From the NCBI GenBank assembly GCA_038215615.1, contig JBBQQR010000007.1, positions 1 through 64,000 of the forward strand: a DNA stretch of 64,000 bases. Direction: 5' to 3'. The position numbers and the translations under genes were made by a program. The notes under the pieces were generated by a model, which was not told where the DNA came from, made no database searches, and saw only the letters and a program-made list of their open reading frames with translations. Below are positions 8,961-17,951 of the stretch, piece by piece. The stretch comes from Vulcanimicrobiales bacterium. Lineage in GTDB: Bacteria; Vulcanimicrobiota; Vulcanimicrobiia; Vulcanimicrobiales; Vulcanimicrobiaceae. How positions within the stretch are numbered: position 1 is the stretch's first letter; every line of letters starts with the position of its first letter.

Positions 8961-9493
8961 AACGGATCCAGTTCTGCGAAAATGTCGCTTAGGTCAAATT
9001 GCAGCCACGGCAGCGCCGGATGCTCGAAATGCTCTCCGGCCATATATTCGCGCATTCCACCGGCAGCGTGCGCGATAATACGGCGCGTCTTTGGATCGAC
9101 GTCGAGAACGAGCACCGAGCCGGTTGCGAGGTAACACGAGATTTTCTTTGCCAGATAGCGCACGTCGTCTGAAGGCGAGCGCACCTCGACCGCAAGCTCC
9201 GGCGAAAGCGGCGGTTTCTCCCGACCTTTACCCTGGAGCGCTTGCCGGCGCTCGCGGCTGAGAAACGCGACGTCCGGAACGAACTCCGTCTTCTTGGCGC
9301 CTACGATGGCACCGGGGTCGAACCGCACTTCCGAGACGACAAACCCCTGCGCTCCCGCGCAGGCGCTGATCGCTCTTGCCATGGCAGCTTGAACGAGGCC
9401 ATGGCTCAGTTTTGGGCTCACTTTGGGATAGGACCGGCCATCGAGGTACTCGATCTCGGGCTTGTCGCGCATCGCTGTCGCCATACTCTGCAT
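8957..9493 (-). CDS. Uma2-family (DUF820) PD-(D/E)xK endonuclease-like protein
   Basis: SPKLSHGLVQ, FVPDVAF, PELAVEVRSPSD, YLATG; start at ATG 9493, 9484 or 9472. Confidence 0.88.
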   Translation of the reverse strand: MQSMATAMRDKPEIEYLDGRSYPKVSPKLSHGLVQAAMARAISACAGAQGFVVSEVRFDPGAIVGAKKTEFVPDVAFLSRERRQALQGKGREKPPLSPELAVEVRSPSDDVRYLAKKISCYLATGSVLVLDVDPKTRRIIAHAAGGMREYMAGEHFEHPALPWLQFDLSDIFAELDPL

Positions 9494-9520
9494 CTCACCC
9501 GATACTATCACGACGAGTGT

Positions 9521-9553
9521 AAAAAGAAAAAAGGCGCCGGAGCGCCTTTTCTT
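9521..9553 (-). terminator. Intrinsic terminator downstream of the DUF1059 gene
   Basis: Minus strand AAAAGGCGC-TCCG-GCGCCTTTT followed by TTCTTTTT. Confidence 0.8.
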
Positions 9554-9567
9554 GACTGCGGCGCGCC

Positions 9568-9759
9568 TTAGGTAAGTGCGCCTTCTTTGATGCCCGAGCG
9601 GATTTGACTGCGCAGTTCGGGCGTGTCTTCGTGTTTGTGCACTCTGACCGCGTGCGTTACCGCCGAGTCGAGCAACTCTTCTTCGGTATCGGCCGCGATG
9701 GCGATGGTGCAGTTGTTTTCGCTTGGAAATTCGCGGCAATCGATGGTTTTACGAGCCAT
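9568..9759 (-). CDS. Small DUF1059-family protein (63 aa, putative metal-binding)
   Basis: MARKTIDCREFPSENNCTIAIAADTEEELLDSAVTHAVRVH; AAAGGGG RBS. Confidence 0.85.
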   Translation of the reverse strand: MARKTIDCREFPSENNCTIAIAADTEEELLDSAVTHAVRVHKHEDTPELRSQIRSGIKEGALT

Positions 9760-9823
9760 GGTGACCCCTTTCCACAATGTGGACCTGGAAGGTACCGCTC
9801 GCTTGGACCGGGCTCCTCCAACC

Positions 9824-10963
9824 CTAGAAGGGCAGCAACTTTCGCGCTTGGGGCGTGTCCTGGTATTCAACGGTAAGGATTGCGCGCACGTGCGTGCGGG
9901 CGGCGTTCGCGTCCGCCGTGCCGATTTTCCCCAGCGTCGTATACATATCAAACAGCAGCTGCGGCAAGTCGCGGTCGCGCGGATAGACCTTGTGCATGTC
10001 GTCGATCGCCGTGGCGATCTGCAGCGCAGCGCCGCTTTCTTGCGTCGTATAGCCGTAGCCGATCATGAAATTAACGCGCTTGAGCTCGTTTTGAATGCCG
10101 AGAATCGACATGCCCAGCGGGCCGAAATATTCGTCGGCCGGCGCGAGCGTTGTTAAATAGACATCGTGCGGCTGCGACCTGATGCTCGCGATGAGCGGCG
10201 GCGCATTTGCGAGGCGCAGCCTGTTGAGCACAGTCTGCGCGTTGGCTTGGTCGCCCTGCGTATAGCCTTCCGCACCGGCGGCGGCATTCTGCAGCGCATT
10301 GAGAAAGGAAGGCCCCCAGGTTGACGGCAGATTGGCAATCGGAAACGTGGACGCGTTCGCGTGTACGAACGCCAAGCTCCGCCACGATGCGTCTCCGCTG
10401 ATGAGATAGCCGCGCCAGTTCGCCTCGACTCGCTCCAACTGCGCGTTCGCATCGTGCGGATACGCTTGCAACAACGCAGCGGCGTCTTCATCGGCAAATT
10501 GCGCGAGTGCGATAGGATCTTCGATCGCGTCGACGCGCGTGAGCAAGTCTTTGGCCTTCGTTTGCTCCGCGCGATCGGGGTTGTTCTTCTGCACGTACAG
10601 TGCCGCCTCGCGTACCCACCACGGTACGGCTTCGTGATTGATGAGCGGATCGTAATGCAACGCCGACGCCATGTCGACTGTCAGCTGCGCCAGATGAGCG
10701 TATCCAGGGTCATTCGGCAACTGCAGCGAGTACGCACGGCCGGCGTTAAAGATTGTCGAGAGATATTCTTGCTGATTGAAAAACGTCCAGCCCTGCACCG
10801 TACCTTTTTCGAAAGAGGCTTTCATGAGCGCGTAGAGCTTCGCCGGATCGGCCATGAGTGTCGCGTTCGCACGCAACGGCAACAGCAGTGTGAGCGCTAC
10901 CAGAGCTGTCACGGTGAGCCTGTGGAACCACGCCCGAGCCTGCCAAGGGCTATGTCGCATCAT
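9824..10963 (-). CDS. Secreted alpha-helical hypothetical protein
   Basis: Long ORF with signal peptide (LVALTLLLPLRANA), overlapping the purP stop; C-terminal APADEYFGPLGMSILGI motif. Confidence 0.75.
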   Translation of the reverse strand: MMRHSPWQARAWFHRLTVTALVALTLLLPLRANATLMADPAKLYALMKASFEKGTVQGWTFFNQQEYLSTIFNAGRAYSLQLPNDPGYAHLAQLTVDMASALHYDPLINHEAVPWWVREAALYVQKNNPDRAEQTKAKDLLTRVDAIEDPIALAQFADEDAAALLQAYPHDANAQLERVEANWRGYLISGDASWRSLAFVHANASTFPIANLPSTWGPSFLNALQNAAAGAEGYTQGDQANAQTVLNRLRLANAPPLIASIRSQPHDVYLTTLAPADEYFGPLGMSILGIQNELKRVNFMIGYGYTTQESGAALQIATAIDDMHKVYPRDRDLPQLLFDMYTTLGKIGTADANAARTHVRAILTVEYQDTPQARKLLPF

Positions 10964-11969
10964 CCAATACCATTCCAAGTTTATTACTCGAAATGGCGTT
11001 CTTGAGTTCCCTGGCAATCCGGCGCCCGGTCGACATGGGCTCCGAGTAATTCAGGTACGAGTACGGCGAACCGTCGATGAAGAGATTGGTTCCGGCCACA
11101 ATGCGGGCGGAGATCTCCATCACGAAAAACTGCATGTCCGGCGTGATGATGGTCTCGATGCAGAAGGCGCCGAAAAGTCCCTTCGGACCGCAAATCTCTT
11201 TGCTGACGCGCACGACCGCCTCGCCCATGCGGTAAGCTTCCGCCAGCATCGATTCGCGCAGCGACACCGGCGAGTTGCCGACGACCACGTATGAAGGACT
11301 GACGTCCATGCCTTCCTGCGCCGCCGCCGGGATGCGCCCCAGCGAGTCGACATTGGTTTCATACCGGCGGTCCATGCTCATGATCTCGAGCCGGTCTTCC
11401 AGCGGCGAGTAAAAGTAATGCACGTAGAGGGGAACGCCGACTATATACTCTTGGATGATGTGCTCTTCTTTAAGGTGAGCCGCCCGGGATTCGAAGTCTG
11501 CGGTGTCGCGGATGAACATGTAACCCTTGCCGCCCTGCGCGCCGTAAAGCTTCACGATAACGGGGCGGTCGATGTCGCTGCCGGTCTGAAATTGACGCGG
11601 CAGCGTGAGCCCCGCCCGCGACAGCCACTGGCGCTGAAGTTCACGGCTCGCTTCCCAGTCGAGCACGGCTTTGTTTCCAAAATACGGTACCGTCATGCGC
11701 TTGTGTTCGGCGAGCGATAGATACGCCACGAACGAACCGTGTGGCACGATGATAATTTTACGTTTTTCCAGCTGCGGCATCAGCGCCGGGAAATCTTGAT
11801 ACCGCTCGATGCCGATCACCTCGTCTACAAAACGAAATGAACGATACAGCGCTTCGGTGTCACGGTTTGCGATCGCCAGCGTCGCAAATCCCTCGTCGTG
11901 CGCGCCCTTAAGGATTTGCAGCGCCGAGTGAGAGCCCAGCGTGGCTACGGTATAAGCCTGGTCCGGCAT
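10950..11969 (-). CDS. purP: 5-formaminoimidazole-4-carboxamide ribonucleotide (FAICAR) synthetase, archaeal-type ATP-grasp PurP
   Basis: TLGSHSALQILKGAHDEGF, IIVPHGSFVAY, GGKGY, DRRYETNVD, VVGNSPVSLRES, FCIET, EISARIVAGTN, MSTGRRIARE; within pur operon. Confidence 0.92.
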   Translation of the reverse strand: MPDQAYTVATLGSHSALQILKGAHDEGFATLAIANRDTEALYRSFRFVDEVIGIERYQDFPALMPQLEKRKIIIVPHGSFVAYLSLAEHKRMTVPYFGNKAVLDWEASRELQRQWLSRAGLTLPRQFQTGSDIDRPVIVKLYGAQGGKGYMFIRDTADFESRAAHLKEEHIIQEYIVGVPLYVHYFYSPLEDRLEIMSMDRRYETNVDSLGRIPAAAQEGMDVSPSYVVVGNSPVSLRESMLAEAYRMGEAVVRVSKEICGPKGLFGAFCIETIITPDMQFFVMEISARIVAGTNLFIDGSPYSYLNYSEPMSTGRRIARELKNAISSNKLGMVLDDAT

Positions 11970-12388
11970 TACGTGATCGCGCGTTCGATGGCCGGATTAC
12001 AGAGCAGCTTCTCGATCGCTTCCTTCAGCGTCGCAGGCGCAACCGGCATCCCGTCTTTGCCGAACAGACGCCACCCTACGTGATGCACCGCGGCGGCCGA
12101 GGCGCCGGGCGCAACCGCGTACGTCGCGGCTACCGTAGATACCCACGCTTCCCCGGTTTGCGGTTTTGGCGATTCGCGCAGTTCTAGCGCGTGCTTGTTC
12201 GGATTGAAAAGCGACTCGTTGCGCTTCACGCTAGCCGCCACATCATCGCCCGAAGCCGGACCGGCGAACTGCCAGATGTCGGCCCGTTCGACGCGCTCGA
12301 CTTGCACGCCGAGGCGGCGCAAAGCGCTCAAAGCGCTGAACGCGATGTTGTCAGGAATTTTCAGGGTAATGGCGACGGTGTGCAGCAC
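11969..12388 (-). CDS. purS: PurS-like protein, probably with a tandem (double) PurS fold
   Basis: ITLKIPDNIAFSALSALRRLG, LFNPNKH and KLLCNPAIE resemble PurS motifs (LLANPVIE); about 140 aa, next to purQ; start uncertain. Confidence 0.65.
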   Translation of the reverse strand: MLHTVAITLKIPDNIAFSALSALRRLGVQVERVERADIWQFAGPASGDDVAASVKRNESLFNPNKHALELRESPKPQTGEAWVSTVAATYAVAPGASAAAVHHVGWRLFGKDGMPVAPATLKEAIEKLLCNPAIERAIT

Positions 12389-12453
12389 GGTAGTGGCCGA
12401 GGATACCCGCCCACGGTCGTAGTGTCCTCTGAGCAACCGTCCAGCAGCCGTAA

Positions 12454-13218
12454 TTACGCAAGCGCTTTAGCGAACGCCCGAAATAGGGTCGCACCGCCGG
12501 ACGGCGCCAAGATAGCTTTGCGATCGGCAATGTCGGGGTGGTTGAAGTTCCACGCGTCGCGCTCCGGGTGCGGCATGATCGCCAGCACGTTACCTTTTTT
12601 GTTCGTCAGTCCGGCGCAACGCAACGCTGAGCCGTTCGGAACGGCGGCATCATCGACCGTGCCGTCCGAATGAGCGTACACAAAAGCCAAATAGCCGCCC
12701 GACGTTATTTCATCCAAATGCTCGGGGGTCGCCGCCAAACGCCCTTCGCCGTGCGCGGCCCACGCCGGTATGACCGCAGCATCGGGAAGCGCCGCCGTGA
12801 TGGCGCAGCGTGCTGGATCCGCGCAAAGCTTTATGTGCACGTGCTTGCAGATAAATTTTCCGCTCGGTGCGTTGCGCGTGAAGGCGGCGGTCGGCCTACG
12901 AACCGCACCGGTTCCCGGAACCAGCCCGGCTTCCAAAAGAATCTGGGCGCCATTGCAGATGCCTAGTACGAGTTTGTTTTTTTCGGCCGCTTCAATGACG
13001 TAATCCATCATGGGATCGTGCGCCGAAATCGCGCCGGCGCGTATGCGATCCTCATAAGCAAAACCGCCCGGGAGTACATACGCATCATATCTTGGAAGCG
13101 ACGCCCCTTGACTCCAATGCACACTTTCCGCGTCGAGTCCGACGTCGCGACAGATGCGGACCGTTTCGGCTTCGCTATTTGTGCCGGGGAAAATCAAGAC
13201 CGCCACCCTCGCACTCAC
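12454..13218 (-). CDS. purQ: FGAM synthase glutaminase subunit PurQ
   Basis: VLIFPGTNSE, LPGGFAYED, LGICNGAQIL, AHGEG, PNGS, IMPHPER; GTGA overlap with purL. Confidence 0.95.
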   Translation of the reverse strand: MSARVAVLIFPGTNSEAETVRICRDVGLDAESVHWSQGASLPRYDAYVLPGGFAYEDRIRAGAISAHDPMMDYVIEAAEKNKLVLGICNGAQILLEAGLVPGTGAVRRPTAAFTRNAPSGKFICKHVHIKLCADPARCAITAALPDAAVIPAWAAHGEGRLAATPEHLDEITSGGYLAFVYAHSDGTVDDAAVPNGSALRCAGLTNKKGNVLAIMPHPERDAWNFNHPDIADRKAILAPSGGATLFRAFAKALA

Positions 13219-15335
13219 GCGTAGAGCTCGGCGAGCCGCGTCGACCATGCACCGTGTAGTTCGTCCAGGTCCCATGACCGGCCGGCCGAAACGATGTCCA
13301 CTTCGCCGCCGATATCCGCGACGGTTGTGACGCCTGTGCGGCGCCAATCTTCGCGCGAAAGCCTGCGGCTTGCAAAATCTTCGAACGTGGCGGCCTCAGC
13401 CGCTTCGATTAACCAACCGTGATAGCGCGTCTCCGGCATTACTTCGTCGTTGAACTCCACGCCAAAATCATTTCGGGCGGCAAACGCCATTTCGGCCGCC
13501 GCCGCTAAAATACCATCACTCCCGATTGCCCGCGCTGAGAGAATCAACCCGCCGTCGATTGCATCAAGGAGAGCTGCGATACGTTGGTTTTCCGTTTTTA
13601 GGGCCGGCCCGGCGCCCCGAGTTCCGATAAAATATAGTGGCGAATTCGGATGTTTTAGCGCCGGGGAAACTACCTTAGAAACATTATCGAGCACTCCGAT
13701 GCATCCGATTATTGGGCTGGACGGTATCGCCGTTCCGGACGACGATTCGTTGTATAGACTCACATTGCCGGATACAAAAGGGAGTTCCAGCGTACTTGCG
13801 TCCTCGGAAAGAGTCGCAACGGCGCCGGCAAGCTGGGCGAAATGCACTTCGTTATTCGGATTACCAAAATTGAGGCAATCCGTCAAACCGGCAGGGCGGC
13901 CTCCGACTGCGACAACCTTCCGCGCGGCTTCGGCGACGCTGCCGCCCACGCTCAAGGCCACGCCGAACGCCGCGCCCGCTACCGGCGCTATGACGCCGGC
14001 GTCTGCGTGACCGCGCGGAATAACGGTCGTGCCGCGCACGACTGCATCGTACTCTTTGTATAGCGGCTCGCGCGAGCACCCGTTGCGGGCACCCAGGACT
14101 TGGGCAAGGCCCCCCGGTTCGTGCGCATTTCGCGAGCTGCTCGGGGTCGCTCGAGAAGGTTCACGATGAGTCGGTTCATTTGAAATTGCGCCGGTCAGAA
14201 AATCGATCGGCACGTCCATGACGATTTCGCCGCCGCGGCGCATCACGTAACGCTTCTCCTCCTGAACCGCGCCAATGACGGTCGCGCGCGCGCCGCGAGC
14301 AATCTCGGGGAGCGAAAACTCTTCATTATATATACGTAGTACATCAGCGGTCGCGTGGCCGGGCAGAACCCAACAGAGTCGTTCCTGCGTTTCGCCCACC
14401 GCTAGCACTTCCGCGGGCAAATTTTCGACCGAAACGTTGACCTCGTCGAGGTCGATAATCGCGCCGTAACTTCCAGCCGCGCAGAGCTCGGCGGTACACC
14501 CCATGATGCCGCCGGCGCCCAAATCCTTAAACCCGGCCGTGATTTTCTTCTTGCGCAAGTATTCGAAGACCCGGTAACTCGCCCGCATGATGACATTTTT
14601 GAGAAACGGATCGGGCACCTGAACGGCGCTCTTGTTGGCTTCTTGGTTATCCTCTTCCAATGTTAGCGACGAAAACGATGCGCCGCCGAATCCGCTTGCA
14701 TCGGTGGCTTTGCCCACCAGCACGATGTCCCAACCCGCCGACCTCTCGGGCGCGCGCGAATGAATGATCTCGCTTTCTTTCACCAGACCCAACGCGATTA
14801 CGTTAACCAGGCAATTGTCGTTAAAACCTTCGTCGAAATACACGTCGCCGGCAATGTTGGGAACGCCGATCGCATTTCCGTACGCGGCGATGCCGTCGAC
14901 GACTTGCCGCGCGACATAGCGCTGGTGCGATTGGGGATCGTCAACGTTGCCGAAGCGCAGGCAATCTGCAAGCGCGATCACTTCGGCGCCCATGCAGAGC
15001 ACGTCGCGAACGATGCCCCCGACTCCGGTTGCGGCGCCTTCGAACGGCACGACCTGCGAGGGGTGGTTGTGTGATTCGTGCGCGATGACCACGCCGTACC
15101 GCTCGCCGTTGTGCTCGCCTAAATGCAAGATGCCCGCATCTTCTCCCGGACCGAGCACGACGTTGGGGCCGGTCGTCGGCAACTGTTTGAGCAATTGGCG
15201 GCTGCTCTTGTAGGAGCAATGCTCGCTCCACTGCGCATCGAACGCGTACAACTCGACTGTCGTGGGCTCGCGTCCCAGACCATGAGCAATGCGGCGCAAT
15301 TCCTCGGGCCGCAAGGCCAAAGCGGGCTTAGCCAA
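13215..15335 (-). CDS. purL: FGAM synthase large subunit (small-type PurL)
   Basis: WSEHCSYKSS, GPGEDAG, ESHNHPS, GAATGVGGIVRD, VQVPDPF, DLGAGG, ETQER, TDCLNFGNP, VSGNVSLYNE. Confidence 0.95.
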   Translation of the reverse strand: MAKPALALRPEELRRIAHGLGREPTTVELYAFDAQWSEHCSYKSSRQLLKQLPTTGPNVVLGPGEDAGILHLGEHNGERYGVVIAHESHNHPSQVVPFEGAATGVGGIVRDVLCMGAEVIALADCLRFGNVDDPQSHQRYVARQVVDGIAAYGNAIGVPNIAGDVYFDEGFNDNCLVNVIALGLVKESEIIHSRAPERSAGWDIVLVGKATDASGFGGASFSSLTLEEDNQEANKSAVQVPDPFLKNVIMRASYRVFEYLRKKKITAGFKDLGAGGIMGCTAELCAAGSYGAIIDLDEVNVSVENLPAEVLAVGETQERLCWVLPGHATADVLRIYNEEFSLPEIARGARATVIGAVQEEKRYVMRRGGEIVMDVPIDFLTGAISNEPTHREPSRATPSSSRNAHEPGGLAQVLGARNGCSREPLYKEYDAVVRGTTVIPRGHADAGVIAPVAGAAFGVALSVGGSVAEAARKVVAVGGRPAGLTDCLNFGNPNNEVHFAQLAGAVATLSEDASTLELPFVSGNVSLYNESSSGTAIPSSPIIGCIGVLDNVSKVVSPALKHPNSPLYFIGTRGAGPALKTENQRIAALLDAIDGGLILSARAIGSDGILAAAAEMAFAARNDFGVEFNDEVMPETRYHGWLIEAAEAATFEDFASRRLSREDWRRTGVTTVADIGGEVDIVSAGRSWDLDELHGAWSTRLAELYA

Positions 15336-16530
15336 AGTTAGGCGGCGGCGGCGCGGGCTGCATATTGAGCGCGGCGTCGGCTTGCAGCACGGCGGAACGC
15401 ATATTTGTCTGCACCATCAGCGTGCGGCCGAACATCACGGTGTCTTCCAGCCCTAGTACCTTGGCGCACTGCAGCGCAACCGCGCCCGGCTCTTTGCCGC
15501 CGGCCTCAAAAACGGGCGCGCTCGTCGTGCCCTCGATGACTGCATGCAGCGCTCCTTCAGGGCCGGAAACGGTGACGTAGACCAACCGCGCAAAACTTGC
15601 GTCGTGCTGTTGAATGAGCTGTAAAACGAAGCCCGGCGTCTTTGCCGCGCTTGCGACGTGACGCACGATCGGCAGTCCAAGCTGCCCAAGCGCTTGCGAC
15701 AGCGCGTTGACTTCGGCCGTCTGCTCGGGTTTCTCAGCGAAGATCGCTATCATGCCCGGACGCATCACCGGGAAATTTCCTGTCATCTCAGTTACTTGCT
15801 CGTAAGCGCTCTTCACATAATTGAGCGCTTCATCGTCGACCTTTTCCAAATTGCGGTAAATCTGTTTGTCGAGCATGCGGTCCTCGCGCCCGCCCGGCCA
15901 AATGCGCCACGAATCATTGTCGATCACATCGGCGATCACGAGTTGCCCCTGATTTTCACCGCTTGCCAGTCTCCCGAACTCCAGTTTCAGATCGACCAGC
16001 ATGACGTCGCGCTTGCGCCAAGCGTGCGCCAGAATCTCGAAGGTAATGCGGGCGATCTCACTCATCGCCGCAATTTCGGGCGGTTGCGCGATGTTGCGCG
16101 AAACGATTTCGTCGGGTGTAATCAGCGGGTCGTGGTTCGCGTCGTCTTTCACGAAAAACTCGAGCATGCGCGGAACGAGGATCGCGCCGCGCTGCATGCC
16201 GGGATTGCGCTTCACGAGTGAACCCGCCGCGACCCCGCGCACCACCACCTCCAGCGGGATCATGTTGCAGCGCCTGACCAGCATTTCGTTTTGATCGTCG
16301 TCTTCGCCGCCGCTCAGATAATGCGTCGGCAAACCGCAGAGATTCAGCAGACGAAAAACGCGAGCCGTTGTTTGCGCAGCCAAACGGCCTTTGCCCGCAA
16401 TTTCGTTGCGCCGCGCGCCGTCCCCGGCGCTGATCGCATCGGTTTGCTTGACGACCGCAACGTCCGGCTGCCCCGGGCTCTCATAGAGCACCTTGGTCTT
16501 GCCGTGGGCGATCTCGATGCCTTTGTTCAT
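15328..16530 (-). CDS. purC: SAICAR synthetase fused to a degenerate C-terminal PurE-like domain (PAICS architecture)
   Basis: GKTK, ISAGDG, IPLEVVVR, FFVKDDANHDP, LVDLKLEFG, ADVIDNDSWRIWP, DKQIYR; extra ~140-aa tail with VASAAKTP. Confidence 0.92.
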   Translation of the reverse strand: MNKGIEIAHGKTKVLYESPGQPDVAVVKQTDAISAGDGARRNEIAGKGRLAAQTTARVFRLLNLCGLPTHYLSGGEDDDQNEMLVRRCNMIPLEVVVRGVAAGSLVKRNPGMQRGAILVPRMLEFFVKDDANHDPLITPDEIVSRNIAQPPEIAAMSEIARITFEILAHAWRKRDVMLVDLKLEFGRLASGENQGQLVIADVIDNDSWRIWPGGREDRMLDKQIYRNLEKVDDEALNYVKSAYEQVTEMTGNFPVMRPGMIAIFAEKPEQTAEVNALSQALGQLGLPIVRHVASAAKTPGFVLQLIQQHDASFARLVYVTVSGPEGALHAVIEGTTSAPVFEAGGKEPGAVALQCAKVLGLEDTVMFGRTLMVQTNMRSAVLQADAALNMQPAPPPPNFG

Positions 16531-17951
16531 TCTTTTGTTGTCATCCTGAGCTGGCTGGGGAACGTATCGAGATTCTCAATGCGATCCGCTAGTGCAAGCG
16601 CGCGCGCGGGCGCGCTCCCTGTATGAGCCGAAGGTTCCAGCATGCGGCGAATCTCCGCCGGATCGAGCCGGCTCGTAAGCTCAGAACTTTCCGTTAACAA
16701 ACTCCCCAGCGGGTTTTCCTTGCCCTGCGCGACGGCCTCCCACGCTCGCATCGAGGCTGTACGCAATAGTTCGTGGGTCGCCTGACGATCGCCGCCGGCG
16801 CGCACGGCCTCGAGCAGCACCGATTCGGTGCCGGCGAACGGGCCGTACGTTCGCAAGTTATCCGCAATGCGTTTGGTTTCGATCGTAAGTCCGTTCACGA
16901 CCTTGATGGCCAGCTGCACGATTTCGTCGGTACAAAGTAGCGCCTCCGGTAAAATCGTGCGCCGGTTGGCGCTGTCGTCGAGCGTGCGTTCCAAATAATT
17001 GGTCGCTGCGTTCTGCCATGCCACGTCCGCATACGCCGGCAACAAGCGGGCAAGCGAGCCGATCCGCTCACACAAGATCGGATTTCGCTTGAACGGCATG
17101 GCGGAACTGCCGACTTGCTTTTCCGCAAACGGTTCGCGCAGTTCGCCAAACTCCGGCGAGCTCAATATCCGAATGTCGGCCGCAAATTTCGAAAGCGACG
17201 CTCCGATGCCGGCCAGGGAGCTCAGCAGCAGATAGTCGAGCTTGCGAGGATACGTCTGCGTACTGATCTCGCGCGCGCTCAAGCCAAAGCGGTCGAGCAC
17301 CGCTTTCTCCAGGGATTCCGCCGAACCGCCGCTCCCGTTGACCAGCTGCTCGTACGACGCCGCCGTGCCGACGGCGCCGCGCATGCCTTTGGCCGTGAGG
17401 TTCACGAAAGCGAAGCGCAGCATGGCATCGTCGATGAGGAGGTCTTGCGCGTAGACTGCGAAGCGATAGCCGAGCGTCGTCGGCTCGGCGGGCTGCAAGT
17501 GCGTGAACGCTATGCAAACCACGCCGGAGTTCTCGCGAATGCGCTTGGCAAATGCGCGCAACAGATCGCCGAGCGCTGCTCCAATCATCGCAGTCGCGTG
17601 CCGCAGGCGATACGTTTCGACCGTGTCTTCGATATCCATCGAAGTCGAGCCGAGGTGGATTTTTCCGCCACCGATCCTTGCCTGCGAAGCAAACACGCGG
17701 ATCTCCGCCATCAGGTCGTGATGAATTTCGCTTTCGATCTTTAGTGCCGCATCGACGTCGACATCGTCCACGTGCGCGCGAATATCTTCTACTTCTTCGG
17801 CGCTTACGATACCGTGAAGCGACTGCGCTTCGGCTAACGCCAGCCACACCTGGCGCCAAAGTCTGCGCCGTTCGTGCTCGGAAAAAAGCGCGCGCAGCTC
17901 GGCGCGCCCGTATCTCCAAGAAAACGGAGACGCGTAAGAATCGTAGGTCAT
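16527..17951 (-). CDS. purB: Adenylosuccinate lyase
   Basis: SPFSWRYG, HDLMAE, IHLGSTSMDI, FTHLQPAEPTTLG, GSSAMPFKRNP, LERTLDDSANRR. Confidence 0.96.
   Translation of the reverse strand: MTYDSYASPFSWRYGRAELRALFSEHERRRLWRQVWLALAEAQSLHGIVSAEEVEDIRAHVDDVDVDAALKIESEIHHDLMAEIRVFASQARIGGGKIHLGSTSMDIEDTVETYRLRHATAMIGAALGDLLRAFAKRIRENSGVVCIAFTHLQPAEPTTLGYRFAVYAQDLLIDDAMLRFAFVNLTAKGMRGAVGTAASYEQLVNGSGGSAESLEKAVLDRFGLSAREISTQTYPRKLDYLLLSSLAGIGASLSKFAADIRILSSPEFGELREPFAEKQVGSSAMPFKRNPILCERIGSLARLLPAYADVAWQNAATNYLERTLDDSANRRTILPEALLCTDEIVQLAIKVVNGLTIETKRIADNLRTYGPFAGTESVLLEAVRAGGDRQATHELLRTASMRAWEAVAQGKENPLGSLLTESSELTSRLDPAEIRRMLEPSAHTGSAPARALALADRIENLDTFPSQLRMTTKE

Noticed and set aside
8957..9493. Restriction-modification or defence system around the Uma2 nuclease
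   Set aside because: No methyltransferase or partner gene nearby; Uma2 paralogs are commonly solitary
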